A DNA stretch of 34,233 bases from Mycobacteriales bacterium (GTDB lineage Bacteria > Actinomycetota > Actinomycetes > Mycobacteriales > SCTD01): the NCBI GenBank assembly GCA_046596735.1, contig JBKJLP010000269.1, positions 1-34,233 on the forward strand, written 5' to 3'. Under the pieces are notes generated by a model that made no database searches, was not told the origin of the DNA, and saw only the letters and a program-made list of their open reading frames with translations. This document shows positions 17,913 through 25,768 of this stretch, piece after piece. Both the position numbers and the translations under genes were made by a program. The stretch's first letter is position 1. The number at the start of each line of letters is the position of its first letter.

Positions 17913-19903
17913 GCTGTCGCCTCTGCCCTGGCGGCGAGGCCACTCGTCGCACCAGCCAGGTCGACCTCAGCGTTGACGCGCACAGCGATGTCGTCCCTGG
18001 GGTCGACGCCGGTCACCTTCGTGGCGAGCAGGTCGCGGCCAGCGAGGAGCGGGCGGATCAGGCCGCCGGGCAGGAACAGGAGCAGGACGAGGAGACCGAC
18101 GCCCGTGGAGAGAAGGCTGATCACGGCCGCTTGGTGCGGGAAGACCTGCGAGGCGAAGTACTGCACCGCGAAGATGTAGGTCCCCCCGATGAGCGCTCCG
18201 GACAACGAGCCGAGGCCCCCGATGACCGCGGCAGCCAGCAGCGCGAGCGAGTTGACCGGGGGGAAGCTCGCCGGGTCCCCGGAGCCGATGGCGTCGACGA
18301 ACAGGAAACCCGCCGCGCCAGCCATCATCCCGGTGATCGCGTAGGCGGTGAGCTTGGTCCGCACCACGGAGATCCCCATGGAAGCGGCTTGCACGGGGTT
18401 CTCCTTGACCGCCCGGATGGCGCGCCCGAGTTGCGAGGCGTCGATGAGGCGTGCGCTCCCGAGGACGACCGCGAGGAGCACGAAGGCACAGACGTACTGC
18501 ACGTTGGTCGTCATGTAGGTCGGTAGGCGCAGGTTCTGACCCGGCTTGATCCACGACTGCTGGAACAGCCAGGACGTGCACGTGACGGCGAACGCCAGCG
18601 TGACGACCGCCAGGTTGACCCCCTGCAGCCGGAGCGCGGGCAGTCCGACCAGAGCGGCGGCGATCCCGCCGACGACCACGGCGACCAGGAACGCCAGCCA
18701 GAAGGGAACTCCGAGCACGGCGTAGGCGCGCACTCCCACCAGACCCCCGAGGCCGGCCACGGCCCATTGGCCGAGGGAGAGCTGTCCGGCCCATCCGGTG
18801 AGGATGGTCGCGGAGACCACGGCAGTGCACAGCAGGACGGTGGCCGCCACGAAGTAGGTGTTGTGGTCAGACAGCAGCATCGGCAGGACCACGACCGCGC
18901 CCACACCCAGGCACTGTCCGAGGAAGCGCAGGTTCGACCAGCGCGGGTCGCTGGCGATGCGCGCCGCGAGCGGACGGATCGGCTCTCCGGTGTCCGGCGC
19001 GGACTCCGCGGCGCTCGAGGCCTGCCGCAGCAGGTCCTTGCGGGTCAGGAGCACGGCGACGACCGCGACGAACAGCACCAGGTCGGTGAGTCCGGACTGC
19101 CCTGTCCAGACGAAGATGCACTGATCGGCCACGCCGAGCGCCAAGCCCACTCCGAACGCCACGCCCACCGATGAGAGCCCGGCGATGGTGGCTGCCGCCA
19201 GACCTCGGAACAGCAGCGACAGCCCGACGGCGGGGTCAGAGGAGTAACCCACGACGGGGGCAAGCAGGATCGCCGCAACGGCCGAGAGCAGTGCCGCCAG
19301 CACCCACGCCAGCGTCGACACGCGGCGGACCGGGATGCCCAGCAGCCGCGCGCGCTGGGCGTTCTCGGCGGAGGCCCGCAGGGCGATGCCGTACGGCGAC
19401 CAGCGGAGGAAGACGAACAGCGACGCCGCGACGATCGGGCCGATGACGAGCACCAGCAGGTCACCGGTGTGGAACACGACCCGACCGAACGACACGGGCG
19501 CGACGTCGAACGGCAGCGGGAAGGTGGCAGCGCCCCCGAAGACGACGTCGTCGCCGCCCTGGGTCTTGGGCTTAGGGATGCCCGCCCGACCAGCCGTGAT
19601 GATCTGCGACACCCCGATCGTCGCGATCAGGACGATCAACCGAGGACTGGCGAAGAGCCGCCGGATGACGGTCAGCTCGATCAGCGCACCGACCGCCGCA
19701 GTCGCGAGCAGCGCGCAGGCCAGCGCCGCCACGTAGGGGAAGTGCGCGCGGTTGGTCAGGGAGAACATCATCGCGACGGCCAGGGCACCGAGCTCGCCCT
19801 GGGCCAGACTGATGGAGCGGTTGGACATGTAGATGAGGACGATGCCGGCCGCGAGCAGGCCGTTGGCGACGCCGAAGACGAGGCCCTGCAGGACGATGTC
19901 CAC
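17909..19903 (-). CDS. Fused LivH-LivM branched-chain-type ABC permease
   Basis: The GTG overlaps the livG-like stop (TAGTG). The N-terminal half is LivH-like (GLVFGVANGLLAAGIVLIY, LAQGELG). The C-terminal half is LivM-like (TILTGWAGQLSLGQWA). Confidence 0.8.
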   Translation of the reverse strand: MDIVLQGLVFGVANGLLAAGIVLIYMSNRSISLAQGELGALAVAMMFSLTNRAHFPYVAALACALLATAAVGALIELTVIRRLFASPRLIVLIATIGVSQIITAGRAGIPKPKTQGGDDVVFGGAATFPLPFDVAPVSFGRVVFHTGDLLVLVIGPIVAASLFVFLRWSPYGIALRASAENAQRARLLGIPVRRVSTLAWVLAALLSAVAAILLAPVVGYSSDPAVGLSLLFRGLAAATIAGLSSVGVAFGVGLALGVADQCIFVWTGQSGLTDLVLFVAVVAVLLTRKDLLRQASSAAESAPDTGEPIRPLAARIASDPRWSNLRFLGQCLGVGAVVVLPMLLSDHNTYFVAATVLLCTAVVSATILTGWAGQLSLGQWAVAGLGGLVGVRAYAVLGVPFWLAFLVAVVVGGIAAALVGLPALRLQGVNLAVVTLAFAVTCTSWLFQQSWIKPGQNLRLPTYMTTNVQYVCAFVLLAVVLGSARLIDASQLGRAIRAVKENPVQAASMGISVVRTKLTAYAITGMMAGAAGFLFVDAIGSGDPASFPPVNSLALLAAAVIGGLGSLSGALIGGTYIFAVQYFASQVFPHQAAVISLLSTGVGLLVLLLFLPGGLIRPLLAGRDLLATKVTGVDPRDDIAVRVNAEVDLAGATSGLAARAEATA

Positions 19904-20733
19904 TACGCCCCCACGACGGCTGCGCCGGAGCGGTTGATCGCCGCCAGGTCATCGCCCAGGTAGGAGGCGATGACCCGCGGATCCCGTACGACGTCGTCCG
20001 GAGGGCCGGACAGCACGACGGACCCTGTCTCCAGCGCGTAGAGGCGGTCGGAGATCCCCATCAGCAAGGGCATGTCGTGCTCGATCACGAGGACGGCGGC
20101 ACCGGTCTGCTCGCGGATCCGGACGATCAGCGGTCCCAGGGCCTCGGCCTCGCGCTGCGCGATGCCGGAGGAGGGCTCGTCGAAGAGAATGACCGACGGC
20201 CGCTGGATGAGCAGGCAGCCGAGGTCCACGACCCGTCGCGTGCCGGTGCTGAGCTCGCGGATGAACTTCCCGGCGTACGACGTCAGGCCCATCAGCTCGA
20301 TCATCTCGTCTGCGGCGGCGAGGGCGGCCTGCTCGGCCCGACGAGAGGCCGGGCTACCCGGCACCCTGGCCGTCCAGCCCAGGTCGTGCAGCGCGAGCTC
20401 CGACGCCGTGCGCAGGGTGTCGCGCACCGTCATGGACGGGTAGAGCCGGGCGTCCTGATAGCTGCGGCCGAGGCCGGCGGCGGCCCGCTCGTGCGGCGCC
20501 ATGCTGGTCAGGTCGGTGCTACCGAGGCTCACCTGACCACGGCAGGGCAGGTGCCCGGTGATGCAGTCGAACAGAGTGGTCTTGCCTGCCCCGTTGGGCC
20601 CGATGATCCCGACGATCTCGTGGGGCAGCACGTCGAGAGACACGCCCGCCAGAGCCCGGACACCGCCGAAGGAGACGGCGATGTCGCGCACGGCGAGGGC
20701 AGGCGCGACCGCGCTCCTCGCTCCATGGACCAT
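19903..20733 (-). CDS. LivG-like ABC ATPase
   Basis: GGAAGGG Shine-Dalgarno sequence. It has Walker A GPNGAGKTT, LSTGTRR, Walker B ILFDEP and an IASYLG C-terminal tail. Confidence 0.85.
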   Translation of the reverse strand: MVHGARSAVAPALAVRDIAVSFGGVRALAGVSLDVLPHEIVGIIGPNGAGKTTLFDCITGHLPCRGQVSLGSTDLTSMAPHERAAAGLGRSYQDARLYPSMTVRDTLRTASELALHDLGWTARVPGSPASRRAEQAALAAADEMIELMGLTSYAGKFIRELSTGTRRVVDLGCLLIQRPSVILFDEPSSGIAQREAEALGPLIVRIREQTGAAVLVIEHDMPLLMGISDRLYALETGSVVLSGPPDDVVRDPRVIASYLGDDLAAINRSGAAVVGA

Positions 20734-20754
20734 CGATGACCCTTCCGCGTTCGG

Positions 20755-20779
20755 AATAAGTAGTAAACGCCTGCAAATA
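20755..20779 (-). promoter_or_regulatory. Copy 3 of the shared bipartite motif (minus strand: TATTTG-caggcgtttac-TACTTATT), facing the ABC operon
   Basis: It ends 21 nt before the ATG at 20733. It forms a divergent pair with copy 4 in the same 128-nt AT-rich intergenic region. Confidence 0.5.
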
Positions 20780-20824
20780 GGTCGCCGTCAAGGGCCTTGC
20801 ACCCCTCTTGACAGCCTCCCGACT

Positions 20825-20849
20825 TATTTGCAAGAGTTGAATACATATC
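20825..20849 (+). promoter_or_regulatory. Copy 4 of the shared bipartite motif (TATTTG-caagagttgaa-TACATATC), facing the secreted-protein/oxidoreductase operon
   Basis: It ends 12 nt before the ATG at 20862. A TTGACA at 20808-20813 ends 17 nt before the end of TATTTG (16 nt in copy 2). Confidence 0.5.
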
Positions 20850-20861
20850 TGGAGGAGCAGC

Positions 20862-22537
20862 ATGCGCGGCACCCTGACAGCCTTGTCCCTCGCGTTGGCG
20901 ATCGCACTTGCCGGCGGCCTCGGTCTCGGCGCACCCGCGACAGCGCAAGACCGATTGCTCGCCGCGCCGCACTGCATCGGGCCGCTCGCCTGCGGTGCTG
21001 ACGCCGAGATGGCCGAGCTCCTCGAGCACAAGATGGCCGACCACCTCTGGTACGGGCTGTCGCTGCCCATCGACTACGGGACAGCGGATCGGATCCCCGG
21101 GGACGTGACGCGCATCGGCCCGGCCTGGGGCGACGCCGGCCTGTGGAGCGGTGCCTACCTGGGTGCGGAGTCCTACCGCTACGCCCTGGCGAAGGCCAAG
21201 GTGACCGGAGGCGAGCAGCCCGGCAGGTGGAAGAAGGAGCAGGCGGCAGCGAAGGCTCGCATCGACGACCTGCTCTCGCAGATCGACCTGCGCACCAACA
21301 TCGCACGTCCTGGCAGACCCGTTTCTCGCCCTCTGTCGGCTCGGGCACCCCGCCGACCGTCAGCTTTGGCGGTGGCCTGGTGGCCGGGCAGAAGGGGATG
21401 CTGATGTACTCCTGCGCCCCGGCGGACGCGCCGCCCGGCCGCAACATGGACCCGAGCCCCGACGTACGAGGACCCTGGACGTGGAAGGGCGTTGGGCGGC
21501 CGGCACGACTGGCTCAGCCCGACGACGACTACGTCTGCGAGGCGTCCACGACGCGCGACACCTACGCCGGCGTCTTCTTCGGCCTGCTGACGGCGTTCGA
21601 CCTCGTGGCACCTGACGACGCCGAGGTCCGCGACCTGATCCGCGACGACATCCTCGCCATGGCTGACTTTCTGCTCGCCTACGGCTGGAACTACGCCCAC
21701 CCGCATGGCGACGTCAACGTGCCACCGTTCGGCGACGTCTACGACAACAGCGTGACGCCCATCATGATCATCTCCCCGGTCTACCGCCTCGGGATCTCGC
21801 AAGCCGCGCTGCACGTCGCCAACGTCGCCGGGCCCAGCGACGAGGCGACCAAGTGGCAGGCCGTCTACACCGAGGAGCTGGCCACCCAGCTGCCGAGCGA
21901 TGTCATCGCCGAGGAGGTCAACGACCCCTCCCCCACCGCGGGCTACTTCGGGTGGAACCTCGCCCACCTGATGTTCTCGTCGCTCATCCGGCTCGCTGCC
22001 GGGGACCCCGTGGTCAGCGAGGTGGCCCGCCGCAACTTCAGCATCGTCGACCGGCAGACCTCCGACGACGACAACGCCTGGTTCGAGAGCGTGACCTACG
22101 CGATGGGCGGTGAGCCAGGTCGTCTCGACAAGGCGCTCACCCACCTTCGCGCTTGGCGTGATTACCGAGCCAACACCGACCTGGGTGGGGTCGTTGACGC
22201 CCGGGCTGCGTGCGGCAGCACCCGCGCTTGCGTCCCGGAGGACGAGTACGACGTCATCGTCGACACCCCGGCCGGGGAGCGCCGCACCACCGTCAAGGGC
22301 TCGTCCTCGACCTTGCGTGCCGTCGAGCCGGTGCCCGTCGCGGAGCGCGCGCCGCAGGACTTCCTGTGGCAGCGCTCGCCCTTCACCGACATCACCGGCT
22401 CCAGCGCCGTCACGCACGAGGAGCCCGGGATCGACTACCTGCTCCCTTACTGGATGCTCCGCTACAACACCGAGGTCGCTCCGCCGGCCCTCGACCCGCT
22501 GCCCGTCTACGCCGGCCCGCGCTACAGCGGCACCTGA
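20862..22537 (+). pseudogene. Secreted protein of unknown function (~558 aa if restored), interrupted by a -1 nt frameshift near 21303-21308
   Basis: GGAGGAG Shine-Dalgarno sequence. The signal peptide is MRGTLTALSLALAIALAGGLGLGAPATAQ. By hand count, G/C at third codon positions is about 90% in the 20862 frame up to ~21303, then falls to about 58%. The 21143 frame rises to about 90% from ~21305 onward. Confidence 0.55.
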
Positions 22538-22553
22538 CCGAAGGACCTACACC

Positions 22554-23603
22554 GTGCGCAGGATCGGACTCGTCGGCACCGGCCTCATGGGCGACCACCA
22601 CCTGTGGGCGCTCCAGCGCCTGCGCGCAACCGGGCTCGTGGACGCGGAGGTCGTGCTGGTCCACGACCTCGACACCGCCCGGGCCGAGGCCTTCGGCGCC
22701 GCGCACCAGGTCGGAGTCGCCGCCGGCCTGGACGACCTCATCGCCCAGGTCGACGTCGTCTGGATCACGACCTGGACCGCCGGGCACCTCGCCCCGGCGC
22801 GGGCGGCCGCTGCGGCGGGGAAGGCGGTCTTCGTCGAGAAGCCCCTGGCGCCGACCCTGGCGGAGTGCGAGGAGCTGGCTGACGTGCTGCGCCCCGTTCC
22901 GCACCAGGTCGGGCTGATCCTGCGGCACGCGCCGGCCTACCGACTGCTGCGCCAGCTGCTCGTCTCCGGCAACTACGGCCGGCCCATGGGCGTGATGTTC
23001 CGCGACGATCAGCGCTTCCCGCTGGACGGGCCATACGGCTCGACGTGGCGAGCTGACGTCGCGAGGGCCGGCGGCGGGACGCTCATCGAGCACTCCATCC
23101 ATGACGTCGACGTGCTCGCCTGGTTGCTGGGCAGCCCCGTGGTCGTGTCGGCCCACACAGCCAGCTTTGCCGGGACCCCCGAAATCGAAGACCTCGCCAT
23201 GCTCCGCCTCGACTTCGCCGAGGGTCACAGCGCCTCGCTGATGTCGGTCTGGCACCAGGTCGAGGAACGGACCGTTGCTCGCCGGCTGGAGGTGTTCTGC
23301 GAGCGCGGAGTCTTGTCCATGGACGGGGAGGTCGGCCCGGTGCGCGTCCAGACCTCCGCCGGGACCACTGAGCACGAGACGCCCTTCCCGGCCGAGCTCG
23401 CGGCCCTTGGCCTGCACGAGGTCCCCGAGCGCTGGCGCGACGCTGCCGGTGGTCTGGCACTGCAAGCCAAAGCTTTCCTCGACAGCCTCGACGCGGGCAA
23501 GCCCGGCTGGCCGTCCGTCGACGACGCCCTGATTGCCCACCGGCTCGTCGACGCGGCCTACCGCTCCGCAGCCGGCGGCGGCGCCTCGGTCCGCGTCACA
23601 TGA
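22554..23603 (+). CDS. Gfo/Idh/MocA-family NAD(P)-dependent oxidoreductase
   Basis: GAAGGA Shine-Dalgarno sequence before the GTG. The Rossmann start is IGLVGTGLMG, and EKPLA and the C-terminal alpha/beta domain are present. The upstream part of the 497-aa ORF is an artefact. Confidence 0.8.
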   Translation: MRRIGLVGTGLMGDHHLWALQRLRATGLVDAEVVLVHDLDTARAEAFGAAHQVGVAAGLDDLIAQVDVVWITTWTAGHLAPARAAAAAGKAVFVEKPLAPTLAECEELADVLRPVPHQVGLILRHAPAYRLLRQLLVSGNYGRPMGVMFRDDQRFPLDGPYGSTWRADVARAGGGTLIEHSIHDVDVLAWLLGSPVVVSAHTASFAGTPEIEDLAMLRLDFAEGHSASLMSVWHQVEERTVARRLEVFCERGVLSMDGEVGPVRVQTSAGTTEHETPFPAELAALGLHEVPERWRDAAGGLALQAKAFLDSLDAGKPGWPSVDDALIAHRLVDAAYRSAAGGGASVRVT

Positions 23604-24199
23604 CTGCGCTCGTCTTCGGCTGGATCGGGACGGTCCTGATCGTCTCCTTCAACCTCCCCCAGGTGTGGCGCACCTGCGTCCGGGGGCTCGCGTCCGGCGT
23701 GCCCTCATCGCGGGCCTGGGTCGCCATCGCGGTGGCCACGCTGTGGCTGGGATACGGCCTGGCCGGCGGCGGCGTGATCCAGGTGGTCCTCAACAGCGCC
23801 ACGATCGCCCTGAACGTGCTGCTGCTCGCCGGCCTGCGGGCCATCACAGAGCGGCGCGGACTGCTGCTGGTCGCCGTCGCGGCTGTGCTGACGTTCGTCC
23901 TGGTCGAGCAGGGTGGGATGGCCGCGGTCGGCCTCGTAGGGGCTGTCGTCGGCGCGGCGGTCTACGTGCCGCAGCTGCTCGCTCTGCGACGGTCCGGCCC
24001 CGTTGACGGCGTGTCTCGGCTCGCCTTGGTGCTCCAGCTGGCCAGCGGCCTGTGCTGGCTGCTGTACGGCGGACTACGCGGGGAGACCGTCGTGTGGGCG
24101 CCCAACGTCGTGGTGATCATCACGACGGCCTGGACGATCCTGTTGCTGCCCCGACAACCGACCCGACGCGATGCTGCCGAGGTCCCGGCCTATGCCTGA
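23600..24199 (+). CDS. 7-TM membrane protein with two PQ-loop / SemiSWEET-like repeats (SWEET-like 3+1+3 topology)
   Basis: The ATG overlaps the preceding stop (ATGA). Repeat 1 is SFNLPQVWR...LWLGYG...NSATIALN. Repeat 2 is VYVPQLLALRR...CWLLYG...APNVVVI. One extra hydrophobic helix lies between the repeats. Confidence 0.6.
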   Translation: MTALVFGWIGTVLIVSFNLPQVWRTCVRGLASGVPSSRAWVAIAVATLWLGYGLAGGGVIQVVLNSATIALNVLLLAGLRAITERRGLLLVAVAAVLTFVLVEQGGMAAVGLVGAVVGAAVYVPQLLALRRSGPVDGVSRLALVLQLASGLCWLLYGGLRGETVVWAPNVVVIITTAWTILLLPRQPTRRDAAEVPAYA

Positions 24200-25235
24200 G
24201 CCGACCCCAGTCCACGGTCAGGTCGGATGGGCGATCTGCGGCACTGGCGGCATCGCCGCCACCTTCGCTCAGGCCCTGCGCCGGGTCGACGGTGCGCGTC
24301 TCGTCGCCGTCAGCTCGCGCGCGCAGGATCGCGCAGACCAGTTCGCCCTAGCCCAAGGGGCCCAGCGTGCCTACGGCTCGCTCGACGCGTTGCTCGCAGA
24401 CCCGGCCGTGGACGTCGTCTACGTCGCATCCCCGCACTCCGAGCACTGCCGGGAGGCGCTGCAGGCGGTCGAGGCTGGCAAGCACGTCCTGGTGGAGAAG
24501 CCCTTCGGCTTGTCACTCACCCAGGTCGAGCCGGTGCTGGCTGCCGCCGAGGCCCGGGGGGTGTTCGTCATGGAAGCGCTCTGGTCGCGCTTCCTCCCGG
24601 CCTACGTGCGGCTTCGTGAGCTGGTGGCATCCGGCGCTATCGGTACGGTGCTTGCCGTGGAGGCTGGCTTCGGCTTCGCCGCGCCCTACCTGGCTACGCA
24701 TCGCATCTACGACCCTGCCCTCGGCGGTGGAGCTCTGCTGGACCTCGGCATCTATTGCCTCGACGTCGCCGTACAGCTGCTCGGGCCCCCCGCTCACCTC
24801 AGCGCCCAAGCGGTGCTCTGCCCGACCGGGGTCGACGTCAATACGTTGCTCGCTTTGCGATGGGAAGGGGGCGCTGTCGCCTCAGCGCACTGCTCGTTCA
24901 CGACCCCGCTGCCCGGCACCGCCCGCGTGGTCGGAACTGAGGGGTGGATCGAGCTGCCGCAGACCTTCCCCGACACGCTGGTGCTCCACCAGCAGCGCGG
25001 CACAGACGACGTGGAAGCCGCCGTCACCGTCCTCGACATCCCGGTTGGTGGTGACGGCCTGCGCTACCAGGTGGAAGAAGTCCACCGATGTCTCGCCGAC
25101 GGCCGCACCCAGAGCGAGACCATGTCCTGGCAGCACACCCGCGACCTGATGGCGACCCTGGACCGCGCGCGTGCGGCGTTCGGCTTGGTCTACCCGCACG
25201 AGCAGGCGCCGGACACTTTCGGTCCCGCGTCCTGA
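24192..25235 (+). CDS. Gfo/Idh/MocA-family oxidoreductase (dihydrodiol / sugar 1-dehydrogenase-like)
   Basis: I chose the ATG at 24192, which has a GAGG sequence upstream and overlaps the 3' end of the preceding gene. An alternative ATG lies at 24171. It has WAICGTGGIA, HVLVEKPF and GGALLDLGIY. Confidence 0.8.
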   Translation: MPEPTPVHGQVGWAICGTGGIAATFAQALRRVDGARLVAVSSRAQDRADQFALAQGAQRAYGSLDALLADPAVDVVYVASPHSEHCREALQAVEAGKHVLVEKPFGLSLTQVEPVLAAAEARGVFVMEALWSRFLPAYVRLRELVASGAIGTVLAVEAGFGFAAPYLATHRIYDPALGGGALLDLGIYCLDVAVQLLGPPAHLSAQAVLCPTGVDVNTLLALRWEGGAVASAHCSFTTPLPGTARVVGTEGWIELPQTFPDTLVLHQQRGTDDVEAAVTVLDIPVGGDGLRYQVEEVHRCLADGRTQSETMSWQHTRDLMATLDRARAAFGLVYPHEQAPDTFGPAS

Positions 25236-25597
25236 CCGCCCACCGCGACGCAGATCCCTCGCGCTTGCTCGCCTCCGGTGGACCTTCACGCAGGCAAGCA
25301 GGCCAACGCTGACCCGAGTTTGCCAACGAGCCGCCAAACGGCATCCCGCGCCACGACCCGGCCTTCGAACGCATCCGCAGTCGACGACACCCGGACGCCC
25401 ACCGCACCAGGAAGGCCCCGGCTCACTGCGAGGACACCGGTGATGAAAGTTCCGGGGCGAAGCAGCGCGATGACCAAGCCCTGTCTGTCTCGCTGTCGCT
25501 ACTCCCAAGCACCACTGCTGGGGTTCCAAGTCTTGCCCGTGACCAACCACACCGGGCTGTTGACGGGCTTGCCAACGAACCCCTTCGACAACGGCAA

Positions 25598-25630
25598 CAG
25601 GCCCTCCCCGCCAGAAGCGGGAGGGGCCTG
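25598..25630. terminator. GC-rich hairpin (14-bp stem, 5-nt loop) 20 nt beyond the tRNA 3' end
   Basis: caggccctccccgc-cagaa-gcgggaggggcctg has one mismatch and one wobble pair. No strong U-tract follows on either strand, so it is either an intrinsic-terminator-like or a processing structure. Confidence 0.4.
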
Positions 25631-25650
25631 TGACCTGCGGTTTCGCGTTG

Positions 25651-25724
25651 TAGCGGGGGCAGGATTTGAACCTGCGACCTCTGGGTTATGAGCCCAGCGA
25701 GCTACCGAGCTGCTCCACCCCGCG
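25651..25724 (-). tRNA. Initiator tRNA-Met (anticodon CAT)
   Basis: The reverse complement reads CGCGGGGTGGAGCAGCTCGGTAGCTCGCTGGGCTCATAACCCAGAGGTCGCAGGTTCAAATCCTGCCCCCGCTA. It folds as a cloverleaf with three G:C pairs closing the anticodon stem and an unpaired 1:72 position (C/U), both initiator hallmarks. The 3' CCA is not encoded; CAA follows. Confidence 0.85.
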
Positions 25725-25735
25725 TCGGTGAGACC

Positions 25736-25764
25736 ACTCTACGTGGCCTGCACCTGTGGGGCAA
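25736..25764 (-). promoter_or_regulatory. Putative promoter of the initiator tRNA (TTGCCC-N17-TAGAGT)
   Basis: On the minus strand, the -10 TAGAGT lies 11 nt upstream of the mature 5' end. The -35 TTGCCC lies 17 nt further upstream, in the 44-nt gap after the UPF0182 stop. Confidence 0.4.
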
Positions 25765-25768
25765 ACGG

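Noticed and set aside
21290-21320. Programmed -1 ribosomal frameshift at the frame switch
   Set aside because: There is no X XXY YYZ slippery heptamer, no homopolymer and no obvious downstream stem-loop or pseudoknot at the switch point.
21402-21406. Reading 20862-21404 and 21404-22537 as two translationally coupled genes (TGATG overlap)
   Set aside because: Third-position G/C bias switches frame about 100 nt upstream of the TGATG, near 21305. The last ~33 codons of the first frame and the first ~54 codons of the second ORF are therefore not coding-like. A single frameshifted gene fits better.
25286-25477. 63-aa ORF (-) in the large intergenic gap
   Set aside because: It has a TTG start and no Shine-Dalgarno sequence. 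Hand-counted third-position G/C is only about 73%, against about 90% in neighbouring genes, and it carries no recognisable motif.
13150-25724. tRNA-associated genomic island or integrative element
   Set aside because: No integrase, recombinase, excisionase or transposase is present, and I could find no direct repeat of the tRNA 3' end. Only the position next to the tRNA is suggestive.
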